The notes: generated by a model from the letters alone, not told the origin. DNA of 64,000 nucleotides from Psilocybe cubensis (GCA_017499595.2 CM039007.1:2542001-2606000); one strand, 5' to 3'; shown: positions 26,105-42,529, numbered from the stretch's first letter. Translations and numbers: made by a program.

Positions 26105-27345
26105 TCCCACCCTGCGAGTCCTCTCCCTTTTCCTTTTCCTTTTTTTGCCAGTGTTTGGTACAGCCACTGTTGACGTTGACTCCCCCCTTCGGTTTCCACG
26201 TGTTTTGACCCAAACGCTCAGGCCTCAGGCCTCAGGCCTTTGGCGGCCCTTCTCTCCTCGCGAGGGAGCGTCGCCGTTTTTCGCGTCGGTCCTCTCATCG
26301 ACGCTGGTACGTGATCCTCTCATATATACAAAGTCTTTCAAGCCCTACGCACCCACGGAATATCGTGAACTACTGCGTATATTCTGTTTTCTTTTCCATC
26401 TTTCATTTTTCTTCCTTACAAATACAATGAGAAAAGTACCACCGAGCGCCCAATATCAATATTTTATCTGTAGAATACTCGTGTAATTTGTATGCTTTCT
26501 CGAGAGTCGGATATGTGGCTCTCTCTGCCCTCCTCAACCCTCCTGCACCTCCTGCACCCTCCCTGGCCTTGCCAACTACATTCTGCCCCTCTCTCTGTCC
26601 TCTCCAGCCAGGTTTTAGCCCTTTTGTATCCTCGCCATCATCGTCAAGCTTGGTCCACATGCGGTCTCGGTGCGTCGGGTAGTGCAGTGGTAACGTTAGT
26701 CATTGTAAAGTAAAACTTGGCACTTATACCATTCTACTGCTCGCCCTGATGTCCCACCCTCCTCTCCCTTTTTCTTATGATTTTTGCAATGTTTCGTACA
26801 GCCACCGTTGGCTCCCTTTTGTCTTCCACGTGAGTTGTCCCAAACACTCAAACCTGCAGGCCTTGCCTCCCCCCTCTCGAGTCGCATTGCTTCATATCTG
26901 TTCTCTCGTCGACTGTCGACAGCTAATCGCGTGACTCTTTCCTTTGGTCTTTTCAGACCTCCCGCCAAAGCCCTACACACCCCCAGGATATCGTACACAC
27001 CGCCTATTCTGCTCCTCAAGGGCGTTCGTCGAACACTCTCAAATTTCTCCTCGCTTTTAAATCTTTTCTGTCCCACCCCACCCCACCCTCCTCTCCCTTC
27101 TCCCTTCTTAAATATTTTTTTTTCAGTGTTTGGTACAGCCACCGTTGGCTCCCTGGACCCTTTTGGTTTCCCTTCCACCTGGTTTGACCCAAACATTCAA
27201 TATTCATATTCAGGCCTTTGGTATCTCATCTCTCCTCTCCTCTCCATCCTCTCGCATCGCGCTGTGTCGCGTCGTTCCTCTCGTCGACTCGGACAGCTCT
27301 TACCCCCAGGATATCGTACACACCGCCTATTCTGTTCCTTCCAAT
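26105..27345 (+). repeat. Three degenerate copies of a 270-320 bp non-coding unit (about 26105-26400, 26752-27070, 27071-27345) containing conserved hairpin arms
   Basis: Shared modules in order: CCCACCCT..CCTCTCCCTT, TGTTT(G/C)GTACAGCCAC(T/C)GTTG, TTCCAC.TG...TG.CCCAAAC, CAGGCCTT, CTCTC(A/G)TCGAC. A 33-nt stretch is identical in copies 2 and 3 (26979-27011 and 27302-27334). Confidence 0.85.
26151..27196 (+). ncRNA. Candidate polycistronic microRNA-like (milRNA) precursor or other structured ncRNA
   Basis: Hairpins at 26151-26217, 26672-26752, 26790-26847 and 27126-27196, paired by eye. G-U pairs favour the + strand. No expression data. Confidence 0.4.
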
Positions 27346-27618
27346 TTCTATGCCTAACATTACCCTCTTCCTCTACCTTCCTCGTCTCCTTGTTGATTAA
27401 ATCTTCACAGAAATTAGACTGTGCCATAATATATTTTATTGTCAGCTCTGATGGACATTCGACTTGCGTGACCTGAACCCAAAGGCACTGAATGCTAGCC
27501 GCTAGGCCTTTCTTGACAACACACACAGTCCAGTCAAGTATTAGAGTAAGTACAAGTAATCCCTGATACTGAATACTAACAAGAAAAACAAAAAAGAAAT
27601 AGAAACTGCGAAAAAATC

Positions 27619-28590
27619 TCAATCTCGGCGTTTGTCCGACTTGTTCCCCGATAGCTCGTTAAGCTCCGTAGCGAGCCGGTCGTATTCGGCATGATTCTGC
27701 GCAGCCTGTTTCTTCAGGATATCTAACCACCAAAGTAAATAAATAGGCAATATTTACAGATTTCAGGGGCACATACCATAATCGCGAACTTTAGCCCTTG
27801 CTTCAGCGAGCTCTTTTTTCAGTGCGGCGATCTCGCTGGCTTGATCCTTTGTCGCGGGAGCCTTCGAAGCCTATGCCACGTTTAATCGACCGCAGAAAGC
27901 AGACACACAAAAAAAAACGCAAGCACCTTTAGTTTGATGTACTCTTCCTGTGTATGCAAGAGATCGAGGATGATGTAGAACGTGCGCGTGAGGACAAGTG
28001 AGAGGAAGAGGCAGAAGCCCGTCAGGTAGACGTTACGCTGGGCGCTGGGCGAGTGTCAGTTTTATGTTAGAGCTAAAGGTAATGTCATGAACTTACTAGA
28101 ACTTTCTGGCTGCGATACCCGTGTCGGTACGGATATCCTGTACAACGCCTTGTCTATGCTTCGCCATATCCGACTCGGCTGTAACGCGGAACATGCGCTG
28201 TACGGCGTCCGCGAACAAAATTGCAACGAAACTGGTATAAACCCTTCAGTCAATAGTTTACACGGTCGATATCTGATGAGACCCACATGAAAGAGATTTT
28301 GAGTCCATACGCGATTTTGGCTACGATTTTGGATTCGGAGAGGAAGGAGAAGACGTTTTTCTTCACGGTGTATGGGAGCGGTGCGACGAGGACGCAGAAT
28401 GTCACCATCTACGTTGTGTTGTGCAGTGTGTAAGCTCTTTGCACCATCACCACCAATAGCCCACCAGTCCACTTACCTCTGCCGCCAACAACAAAAACGT
28501 GAGTGAATAGCTATCCATTCAGTGCGAAACAAAAACATTATCAGCAAGATACAAGGATAACCAGAAGCGAAACGCGTACTAGATCGTCAT
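27619..28590 (-). CDS. BAP31/Yet3-family ER membrane protein
   Basis: Spliced MTIYYSLTFLLLAAEMVTFCVLVAPLP...ARKFYAQRNVYLTGF...LKKQAAQNHAEYDRL...DKRRD*. Confidence 0.92.
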
Positions 28591-29027
28591 GCTGAGCTCG
28601 AGCTGGGTATATCTCAAGCTAACAGGTGAATTTGAAGGAAAAACGAGGATGCTGCGCGATGCTGTACGACTACGTGGAGGTTAAAAGGCACAGCGAGCGC
28701 GAACCGTACCGTGACGCCAGACCAGGCTGACGTCACGGCTCCATTGACATGAATCGAACCGAACCACCCGCACCCGCAGAGCTGCAAATTCAAGCGAGCC
28801 GGCTCACGGCACCCCGTGACGGTGACGCGTCCCACCAGCCTCGTAATCAGCACACTGACTGGCAGGGAGGGTCAAATCAAAAGCGCGTCCGAGCATTATA
28901 TTAGCCACTTATCCACTCTTATCCAAAACCACCACCACCACCACCACCACCAAGCCACCAACCCACCTCAAAAAACAGAATCAATCAACGAACAGAACCA
29001 ATCATCACTCAATCAAAGCAAAGCACA

Positions 29028-31765
29028 ATGTCGCCCATAGATGTGCATATCAAGCATAACGGCAAGACCTACGACATCAAGCTCGACCCCGATCTGCCAC
29101 CGGCCGTCTTCAAAGACACTATATACAGTCTCACGGGCGTTCCTGTGGATCGGATGAAGGTCATGGTCAAAGGCGGTGTTTTGAAGGTGCGCATATCGTT
29201 TCTCTGGACGCATACACTTTCTTGGTGGATCGTCCACTTTTCTCGCCTCGTATTGATCGTTTGTTTACTCTTTTCGCCTTTCTTTCGACAGGACGACTCG
29301 TCATGGAAGAAAATCGGCCCGAAAGAGGTGAGTTGTTTGCCTCTAGATGGTCATACAACGACTATAATATACCCAACGAATGTATTCTATTCAGGGCCAA
29401 ACTTTCATGGTAATCGGTGCAGCCGGAGAGCTACCAAAGGCCCCTCCGAAACCAATCGTGTTCTTAGAAGGTATGCATGCGGAAATTAGCACTAGGGAGA
29501 CAAAAAAATGCGGCCAAACTCAACAGACTTTTGATATGATATGATATAGATATGGACGATTCTGAATTAGCGGAAGCTGTGAGCTCATTATCTCTATTTC
29601 CTACTGTTTTTTGTGCTCATGCTTATCAAACAGCTTGCTAAACCTGTTGGATTAACCAAGTCAGTATCTATCCACACACACGATCCTCCCACTCCGTTCT
29701 GCGCGACGCCATGCTAACAGTATCCTTCCATCCACAGCCTCGGTAACACCTGCTACATGAACGCTACCGTACAAGCACTCCGCGCCGTCCCCGAGCTCCA
29801 AGCCGCTCTCGAAGCGTAAGTCTTCCTTCCTTCCTTCCACACCCAGATCTCCCAAACTCTCTTTCTCACAAAACCAAAAAAAACCCTCAGACCCTCATTA
29901 CAATCCGACACACCGCTCCCCGGCGCACTACGCGACCTGTACCGCAACATGGCTCAAACAGCCGACACAGTCACACCTTTTAAATTTTTGCAAGTGCTAC
30001 GGGAAGTCAGTTCTAATTCATTTTCGTATAGCAAAAAATTCCTCGATCTCTGATAAATTCTTCTACCTCCACCTTTACCTTAGACCAATCGTCAATTTGC
30101 CGAGATGGACAGAAGCGAAAAAAGGGCTGGAGATTTGATGATGGGAAGACAGGTATATGCTCAACAAGGTACGTTAACAGTTATAACTGCTTTCCCTTTA
30201 TGTAACACTACTGACCATGGGCCCTTTAATCAATTCATCGTAATGTAATGTAATGTAACAGACGCTGAAGAGTGCTACGGCGCGATCGTCCACAGCCTGC
30301 GAAACCTCCCCGGACTGAATGCACAAGGTAAAACGACTGCCACGGGCGCAGAAGCATCTGTCAACCGCTCGAAATTCGTCGAGCAGTATTTCATGGGTAA
30401 ATTGCGTCGAGAGTGAGTCTACTTTGTTTTCTTTTTTCAGTAAAATATACCCTTTCCTTTACTATCAACTAACAACGATGAAAGGTTGAAATGCAAAGAA
30501 GAAGGCGCAGAAAACGAGCCTCCGACAGTGTCCACTGAGAACGTGCTGAAAATCGAATGCAACATATCGATAAAGACCAATTTCATGCTCTCTGGTATTA
30601 TGTCGGTACGTTCAAGTTCAATACACGTTACAACTTGCAAATGTTCAACTACTAACTATGTCGGTTATAGTCATTGGACACAGAACTCGAAAAGAACTCT
30701 CCCTCGCTGAACAGAACCGCGGTATACACGCAGACCTCCCGGCTCACGAGGCTGCCTACATACCTGACCGTACACATGGTCCGCTTCGCCTGGCGCGCAG
30801 ATATCTCAAAGAAAGCCAAGATCATGGTGCGCACCTTGATCCTCCTCTACTTACCCACTAGAATCGAATCTCATTTCTAATTACCGCAACCCATTCTTTC
30901 TACATTTGCCTTTCACAGCGCCAAGTCAAGTTCCCACAAGAATTCGACGCGCTGGATATCGTCACCAAGGATCTGCAGGAGAAACTCCTCCCTGCGAGCC
31001 GGAAGATGAAGGAGATTGAGAAAGATAGACGCGAGCGCCGTAAAGTCCGCGCGAGGACTAAGCAGTTGGCCGCTGGTAGCGCCCCCGCCCCCGCCCCCGC
31101 CTCTGGCCCTTCCTCGTCCTCGTCTTCGGCCACCCCGGCACCTGCCTCGGGTGATGTCGAGATGGCGGACGCGTCGGCTGCAGCAGGTGCGGAAGAGGGT
31201 AAAGGAAAAGAAACGGCTGTGCGGGACGGCGAGCTGGAGGACGAGTCGGTGTATAGGAAGCGCGAGGCTGAGGAACTTGCTCAGCTGATCAATGAAGATA
31301 TCAAGAACGATATCGGCGCGAGTACGACGGGGCTTTACGAGCTCGTCGGTGAGTCTCTGTCTACTTACCTCGTGTATCTGTGCAAACGGAAGAATTTTTT
31401 TTGCTGATGTTTTTGGATGTTTCTTTCCTTTTTTTCCAGCTATTGTCACGCACAAGGGTGCAGCGGCCGATGCCGGGCATTACATGGGGTACGTCAAGAA
31501 GAGCGTGTTCAACGCGTACACGAAGAAAAAGAAAGTCGAGGCTGCGCCTGCTCCTTCCGAGTCCGCCGAGGGCGCCGCGCCTGCCCAGCCATCCGAAGCC
31601 GAGCTGACGGCTGAGCTGGACGCACAGGAGGGCGACGAGGATTGGTACAAGTTCGACGACGACAAGGTGTCTGTGTTCCCGCAGGAGAAACTTGCTACAT
31701 TGGATGGCGGAGGAGAGGATTCGAGTGCGTATGTGCTGTTGTATAGGAGTAAGAATGCGGCGTGA
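29028..31765 (+). CDS. UBP6: Proteasome-associated deubiquitinase Ubp6/USP14
   Basis: N-terminal UBL (SLTGVPVDRMKVMVKGG), Cys box GLTNLGNTCYMN, QQDAEE, His box THKGAAADAGHY and WYKFDDDKVS. Confidence 0.95.
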
Positions 31766-32008
31766 GCACTTGGGGCTGAGGACAAGGGAGTTGCTGCTGC
31801 TACTGCTGTTTTTTGTTGTTTTTCATTAAGTGAGAAGTTGTCATACACATATTATATCTCGAGAAAACGGAGATTGTTGTACAGGTTGTTGGGTTGTCAG
31901 ATAGAAAAGCTAGATGCATTGTGTGCTGTGTATATTCCATCCATATGTGTAGTTGGTTGTGCAGCAATACGTGAAAAAAATGGAAATGGGGTGGTACTTC
32001 TGCAGTCG

Positions 32009-32852
32009 CTATGAGACTTTAGCTTTAGGCCGTGGTGCTGGATTGGCGTTCAAACGGCTGGCTGTTTTTGTCGCTACTCGGAACAGCCAGAAACAACATG
32101 CGAGGATTGTCAGTGCCGTCACAGGTTCTACGAAGGCGAGGTCCTGTGTATTCCCAACAGGGAGATATAAAACAGAGGCCGTCTCTGAGAAATCACTGTG
32201 CGGAGGGATAGCGACGAGCATGTTGTCCGGAGGCAACACAGACGCAACTCGTGAAGGAAGCGAGAGCGCTCCGTCGTTCCCTTCTTTGCTTTTCGTGTTC
32301 CCTTTCCAGGACGATACTTGTGCTATGGAAAGTAGCTTTCAGATGTATGGTATACGTTAGGTGGAAGGGAACGTAGACTTTACTTGAGCGCGGACAACTT
32401 AGGAATCCCTGTGGCCAGTCGACGTGTATGCGTTCATGCCCATGCGTTCCCTCATTTCCAGATGACGAAGACGAAGAATTCGGAACTCCATAGCGCAAAT
32501 GCATAGGCACCTCAAGGTACACATCTAACCCGTTCTCTCCATCCTCACGACCCGCGTCCGTGTCTCCATCAACAAAAGGCAGCGGTACAGTGAGCAGCAA
32601 ATCGGCGCCCTCATCAGGCAGGGCATGCACAGGTTTCTCCAGATCACGGCTCCCCCAGTGCCTGAACTCATACGACGCGCTACGCTGCGCGAGCTCGTGC
32701 GTGTCGACGAATACCAGCGGCGGCAGCGCGAAGTGCAGGTGCAGTGTGCATTCGTCGTAGGATTCGCGTTCAAGTCCTGGGAGGTGAATTGTGGTTTTGG
32801 ATATGGGGTGAAAGCCTTTGGAAGGTCCCAGGTCGGAAGTGAGATATGACAT
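32009..32852 (-). CDS. PIG-X/Pbn1-family GPI-mannosyltransferase I subunit
   Basis: LPPLVFVDTHEL, DLEKP, PMHLRYG and LPVG, followed by a C-terminal transmembrane segment; one intron at about 32330-32382. Confidence 0.8.
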
Positions 32853-34306
32853 TGTGTACGGTCAAGTTAAGACCTTGTGCGTTGTCGCAATGTCGTCGTC
32901 GTCGTCGATGTCAGCGTTGAAAGCGACGAGCTGCAACCTGGCATTAACATCACGTGCCGTATTGCCTCCGAAACTTTCACCGGTCCCGCTTTCAAGAACG
33001 TCTTGGCGCTTCTTTCCACCCACCACTGAGAGCCCACTCAGCCTGCTCTCAATAGAAATCTTACACAAGGTGCTCTTCCAAAAAAAATTTCCCAGTGCGA
33101 CTGTGCAACCTGTGAAACTACTAAATGATGTTTCTGTCAGCGATATTACAGGTTGCGACTCGCCAAATCATCAGGCTTGAGAATGTCAAAACTCCCTCGA
33201 CGGACCGCAGTTGGACAGACATTCAGATCAAATCGCGGGAATGCTCTAGATGTTTCTCTGACTGACATAGGTGTATTACGCACGTCGGCGAGCTCGAAGG
33301 AGTAGCAGCGATGCTTTCCGAGCTTGTATCGGGGCGTAGCTGATTTGTTCCTACATAGCACATGGCGCATTGCATCGACTCCCATCGAATACGGATGGTC
33401 CTTGGGGTTGACAGTCCTCATCAACTGTCAAATAATAGACTCTGCGTTCAGTTTTCACTGCTGAGCGCTGACATTGATCGGAATGAGTTGACACGAGTCA
33501 TCGCTCTCAAGGTTGTTTCCATACACATACGAGGGACCAATAACCGGTATCATTTGACCTATCGAACATAAGGTATTCTTTCACATCCATGGTGTTTGAA
33601 GTGTCAAAAACTCTATTGCCATGGTATACACGCCCACGTACGTACCAGTCTTGATATGTACAATGCAGCGTTTAATTATATTACAAAATACCCTTGGTTT
33701 TCAGGAATATCTTCATAGGCTCACAGCGCACCTGCGATGCCCGAGCACGGCCCATTATGTTCCCGGTCTCCCGAGCATGGGCCGTGGAATGTCGAAAGCG
33801 CGGTTGTTACGATTCATCGGTACATACAGTGCGCAAAAGGCGGCTTTGACTCGACCCTTATTTGGGTATAACCGTCTTTATCATTTGGCTTGACATAGTT
33901 GGTGGATCCGGGCTGGGAAATATTCACATACCGGCACCAACCGCCCTGGGCATCACGCCGCGAGACGCGACGCGTCTCAGAAGAGTTTATGTCTGCATTA
34001 TTATCAATTCCTCGACTGTAGCGCTGGTATACACCCCTTCCTTATCGGGTTTCGATGGTGCGTGATCAAGTACATTGACGTACGAGTGAATTTCTGAAAT
34101 ATTTTTACGCTGCAATTACTTAGTGACTACGCGCTACGCTGGACTCAACGCAAGAATGTGCCGTTTAGGTTCGTCCACTCCACAAAGTTATTTTTTCATC
34201 TTCACCTTACCCCATTGCTTTGCGAAGGGATACACTGCGATGATCTGATGATGTCCTGATTTCTGACAACCACTTCTCATTACTCAATAGCCTGAGTTCG
34301 AGTACA

Positions 34307-34313
34307 TATAAAA
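34307..34313 (+). promoter_or_regulatory. TATA box of peroxidase 1 (equivalent boxes at 37898-37903 and 44465-44471)
   Basis: TATAAA(A) lies about 80-105 nt upstream of the ATG in all three paralogs. Confidence 0.6.
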
Positions 34314-34402
34314 GATGCTCATAGCTTGCCCAGATTTCTTCAGAGTTCTCAGTGATTCGAATTCTTAATCACCTCTATTACAGTTCTTCAATCAAAACAT
34401 AA

Positions 34403-36214
<1,812 letters not shown>

Positions 36215-37980
36215 TTGGTACTTTTGAAGTTATTTATCTAGATTTTAAATATTTTCTGAACTACCCACATAATTATAACCTATGCGGCCAACCAAGTTGG
36301 AGCCAAGAGTCATCAACAAGATACAACGCCTGAACCTGAGTACCAACGTTTATTTATAGAATGAACGCCACAGTGGTGACATTCTTGGCACAAGAGACCC
36401 TGGCGTGGCGCGCCTACAACTATCACACCTGTCACATCTGAAATCTGGACTAGCCTTAAAATCCATGTAAAGTGCAGCAACATAATCAAAAATCCGATTT
36501 TTTCTACTCTTTACGTGTTACCCTCCGTGTTTGTGACACAGCTTAGTAAGAGTGACTTTCTCGTTCCTGCCACGCGGTTCGAAGATTAGATTTGTTCGGA
36601 GAGTGAACCGGAGTTGGTTACTTGACAGGCTCGGTCTTGGGCTAGAATTATTTCCTCTTTTATAGACTTAATCTCACGAATGTGAGAGCAACACTGGGGC
36701 GGCAAATGCCGATTTAAACTTCAAGAGACGGCTGCCTTGTGCTCACGAAAATTGCCCTGGACAGGCGGCAATGAAAGTCCTCGTCGTGTCATCTCATTTT
36801 ATGATCCTGTGCCATATTTCATTTCCACCCTTTCATTGTATCTTCATCTTCAACTTCCAATTTTCAACTCTTGAAACGACATCTCGATGAACCTGAAGGA
36901 ACAAACCGTTTCACCCCCTAGTATAACAGCATGCGAACAAAAGATTAGCAAGGATTTGATATAACACCTGGGGAATACTAGTAGCTCATTATGTGTTCCA
37001 AAGACCCGATTGCTTTTCGCTAAGAGTTAGCCGTTGGAAAGGCTGAAAGTCAAAACTCGGGCCGACCACGTTTTGTGTCGGCGTCGTACACCAGTTTGTT
37101 CAAGGTAGCAGATTGACAGCCAATAACCGGTCGCATTTCACACTGGAATGATAAGCCCCTTTACTCTACTGGGTCAAGCAATGTATTGCACTGGTGGTAG
37201 GTAAGTATGCAGTTGTACCTTTCTGATTTGTGAATCTAATTATATATATAACGGCACGCCAGATGTCGATATTTGCACTTCAGGGTCGCCGACAATCTGC
37301 GACGCTCAAAGCGGTCATCAGCGCTCCCGAAATCCCGACATCGACCGTGGAAATGACCGAATGTAGCCTCCCCGAATCTGATTATTGATCTTTTGCGTTC
37401 CTCCATTCTGTGCCCGAATTGGGTGCATCAATTCTAATAAACTGACTGTATGATTGAAAGCTTTCCACTCATCTCATTGCCCCTTAGTGAGAAATAAGGT
37501 CTAATTATATCGCTTGCACCTTATCGGGCTATAATACCGGTTTGTTGTGTTTTGAAAGACCCATATTGACACATAGGTGAAAAGTAAGAAGTGACAGACT
37601 ACCGGAAACATTACTCTGTGTTTTGGCAGTGCGACGAATCACTGCTCTCGAATTTCAACTTGACATGCGAGTCATAGTGGGATCACGCGCTGCCTATGGT
37701 TGAAATGACTTCATGATGCCTTGCATTTCATCGCACGTCGATGGTGGCTGGACCCATCTGTTGCAGACACAGTTTTACTGCCATAGTTTGATATTTCGCC
37801 ATCTGTACGATTTTATTCTTCCTTGGGGGAAGAGAGGTTCTCATGCAGCGAAATCGGTTCCTAGCAGATTCTACGTCAAGCCCGCCCCCGGATATCGTAT
37901 AAAGGCCAAATGATTTGGACGGTAAATCTTCAGGATACTCAAGTACTCCCCTTTCCAAACACATCTTACCAGTCCTACCA

Positions 37981-39720
<1,740 letters not shown>

Positions 39721-40271
39721 ATAGAATTATCTTTCCGCGAATGCGTGTTATAGATTTTCATCACTTCTGTGCACATTTCAAAACACTGCTGTTGTATTTA
39801 ATTAGAAATATTTTATCATGCATGTCTGTTTTATCTGGGGAATATGATTTCGGATTATCTGCGATTCTGTAACAATTGTGATAAGTGCTCATTGATATCC
39901 ATATAATTCCACTATGCAAAAGAAGGTGTTGTCGTTTTCGTAAAATAACGCTGTACAGTTCAGGTTCTTCATTGATTTTTTTTTTTGAATCCAAATACTA
40001 ACTTTAAGATACACTGAAATAGGAGGTTTCAGGCTCGTACGTACCATACGTAAGTTGTGGTTCACGTAAAGATTATATTTGAGCATCCATGATTCCGAAG
40101 ATTCATAGCCATTTTCGCGTAGTAAACGAAATATACAAAACTACTAGTACATTGTGATTCGTGTTGGAGATAGCAAAGGAGAATGCAGTAAGCAAAAAAA
40201 ATTGCTTAGTGAACACTACCGAGAATACCGATAACATAAAGTAGAGGCTAAGTAAGTTGGGACTTTGCCGT

Positions 40272-42529
40272 TTAGATTCTGACTGAGCGCCTTGTAGGAA
40301 TTAACCTCGATGGTGCAGTCTTTGCTCGTTTGTTTCGTCCTGCTGAAGGGGACGCTTCGAGTGGGTCTTCCTCCGCTTCCTCCTCTTCTTCTTGGAACGT
40401 CTCGAGCTTTCTCTTTCCGCCAACTGGGCCGTAACCTGCAGGGTCATTTTCGCGAGACCATTTATCGTCATCGGGAAGCATAAGCATATGCTTACGCAGG
40501 ATTGCAATGACAGCTTCGTGCGTGGGGTTGAATCCTTGGTTTCTTCGAACAAAGATCAACTGGCGGAGCTCCTCTATACACGGAACCAAGTCTTTGAAGT
40601 ACAGAGTGACGAATTTGGTAACGGTCGCTTCGAAGATTTGCGGGAGTACCGTTGACATGATCGCCCATTTAGTTGCCCCAATGAGCGCAATGTCCCTGCC
40701 ATGTATCCAACCCTTGAACGTGTCCACAGATTTGATATCCAGGTCCTGCCTTTCGATCCCACTGGGACCTGCATACTGCAGCATGATCCAAAGGAGAACG
40801 TAAAAGAACGATTCAATATCGTGGTGTGCTTGATGCTCCCCTTCAGTTGCATTCATGAGGATGTCTATTGCCATGAACGGCAACGTTCCCTAAAACAGTT
40901 CAGGTCAGCCAGGCTGAAAAAAATCAATCTAATGGGCAAAGTGGGCGGGTTACGAACTGTACGATGTCCAGTTGCATCGGCCTCTCTCTGAGTCTCTTTT
41001 CCAGACTCGTCGTTGGTTATTAATGCATAGTCAAGGTCGATCAGGATCCCCTTTGCAGATACTACGGACCGTTTAGAGGCAACTACTGACGTCGATGGTT
41101 TCTGTACCTCCGCTGATGAAGTGTTGGTGTCATTGCTAGAACCCTGCGACGGGCGATGTATCATGATGTTGGCCATGCTGATATCTCTGTGGAGGATGTG
41201 CTTCTCCAGTAACCGGGCATGCGCTAAGAGGATTAGGAACCTAATTAGATTCGTCGTACATCGTTCCGAAAGCTCTTTGCATACCTTCAATCCCATCTAT
41301 AATAACAGATAGCAATTCTTTCTTGCTCTTGAAATATTCCACTGGCTGGGCTACAGGAGTGGTCACCAATCGACGGTGTACTCGCACTTCCAGCTTGTCA
41401 TACCAGTCCATGCGCTTGTAATCCTTGACATTGGTATTATCGAGCGAATTGTCGCTGTGCTATCATCATGCGAGTTGTACTGAACAATCTCCTCAGCAAT
41501 AAGCTGCGCAATGCCCTCTATGCCATCGGCCATACGCATGATATCGGCCTCGGTCTTCAATCGAGAGACATCAGTCCAAGAATTCTTGATGACATATTCA
41601 GATCCCCCACTAGACGCTTTCCAGCAAACAGTTCCTCTCCCTCGAATAGAATCGCTGATGAACAACGTTTTGAGGATTCGGTAATCAACACCTGCAACAG
41701 AAACAGTCCTACTGCCATCGTCATTGCGTTTAATTGACGGGTCAAAGCCAAGGGCGCCAACATCAGTCAGAGTTAAACCGGCGATGAGACGGATGAGCAA
41801 AGACGCGTCTTCGCTAAGATGAAAATGACTGGAGCCGATTACTCCTGCTCGATCGAAAACATAGACGCGCACAGAGGTATCGCAAATGGACAGGCCGATG
41901 TGGAAACGGCGATCATCCTGAGTGGAGAATATTGTGCAGGCACTATTGGCTAGCTGGTTGAAGGCGTCATTGGCATCCGATGCTTTCAACTTCAATTCCG
42001 TAGTGACCAATGTGGAATGCCACGTCGCAGCTTTGTCCTTATTGGCCAAACAAATATCAGGCTTTCTTTTAACCTGATGCCCCCACAACATAGATTTACT
42101 GCTGTTACTAACCCAGCGACGGTCGATGGACAGTTTGAACGATTTTTCGGTGGAATTTGAGACTTCTATGAGAGTCTCGCTGATTGTGTTGAAGAACGTC
42201 GCCAGATCTGTCTCAGCTACCCCTGGTTTTGCGCTGGTAACAAATATGGATGGTTTCACGGCACCATATACTTTCCATACCTTCTGTCGAGAGTCCCAGT
42301 GCGTTTCTAAAACTGCATTCTCAAGCGAACTGAAAGGAATAGGAAAGAGTGAATCGGGGAAAAGGTGCTCAACAAGCCCAGGTACGTCGAGTAGCACACT
42401 CTCGAAGAGCTCTTCCTTGAGTGCTGAATCCATAAAACGTGTGTAGGCAACTTTTTCGTATTCGAATTTCCAGAAATTTTGCGGATAATAGGTGTAGATT
42501 TGAACTTTGGTTGGGGCGATGGTGCCCAT
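40272..42529 (-). pseudogene. FunK1-type fungal protein kinase with an apparent frameshift near 41440
   Basis: RKPDICL, STQDDRRF, VFDRAG, IRGRGTVCW, VIKNSW, RVHRRLV, LHRDISMANI, ILIDLDYA, RT|GTLPFMA and HHDIESFFYVL. The RVHRRLV segment is out of frame with the upstream ORF and no intron fits there. Confidence 0.7.

Noticed and set aside
26672-26700. TAGTGCAGTGG resembles a Pol III A-box or tRNA 5' half
   Set aside because: No B-box, T-arm or cloverleaf follows; it is better explained as one arm of the long hairpin.
26993-27004. GTACACACCGCC matches the universal SSU rRNA segment, suggesting an rRNA fragment or a C/D snoRNA guide on the - strand
   Set aside because: Only 12 nt, no flanking rRNA similarity, no correctly placed C or D box, and not conserved in copy 1 of the repeat.
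26151-27345. H/ACA snoRNA or hammerhead ribozyme reading of the two-hairpin unit
   Set aside because: No ANANNA hinge, terminal ACA box or CUGANGA/GAAA core found by eye; not formally excluded without a covariance-model search.
26145-27622. Several ORFs (up to 230 aa) over the repeat cluster
   Set aside because: Low-complexity translations of pyrimidine tracts, mostly non-ATG starts, and indels between copies do not keep frame.
28929-28950. (CAC)n run giving a poly-His ORF
   Set aside because: Simple microsatellite in the UBP6 5' leader / BAP31-UBP6 divergent promoter.
32862-33424. Short ORFs upstream of the PIG-X gene
   Set aside because: No recognisable homology; probably promoter or UTR sequence.
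36941-36953. AAGATTAGCA resembles part of U6 snRNA
   Set aside because: No ACAGAGA box or other U6 sequence around it.
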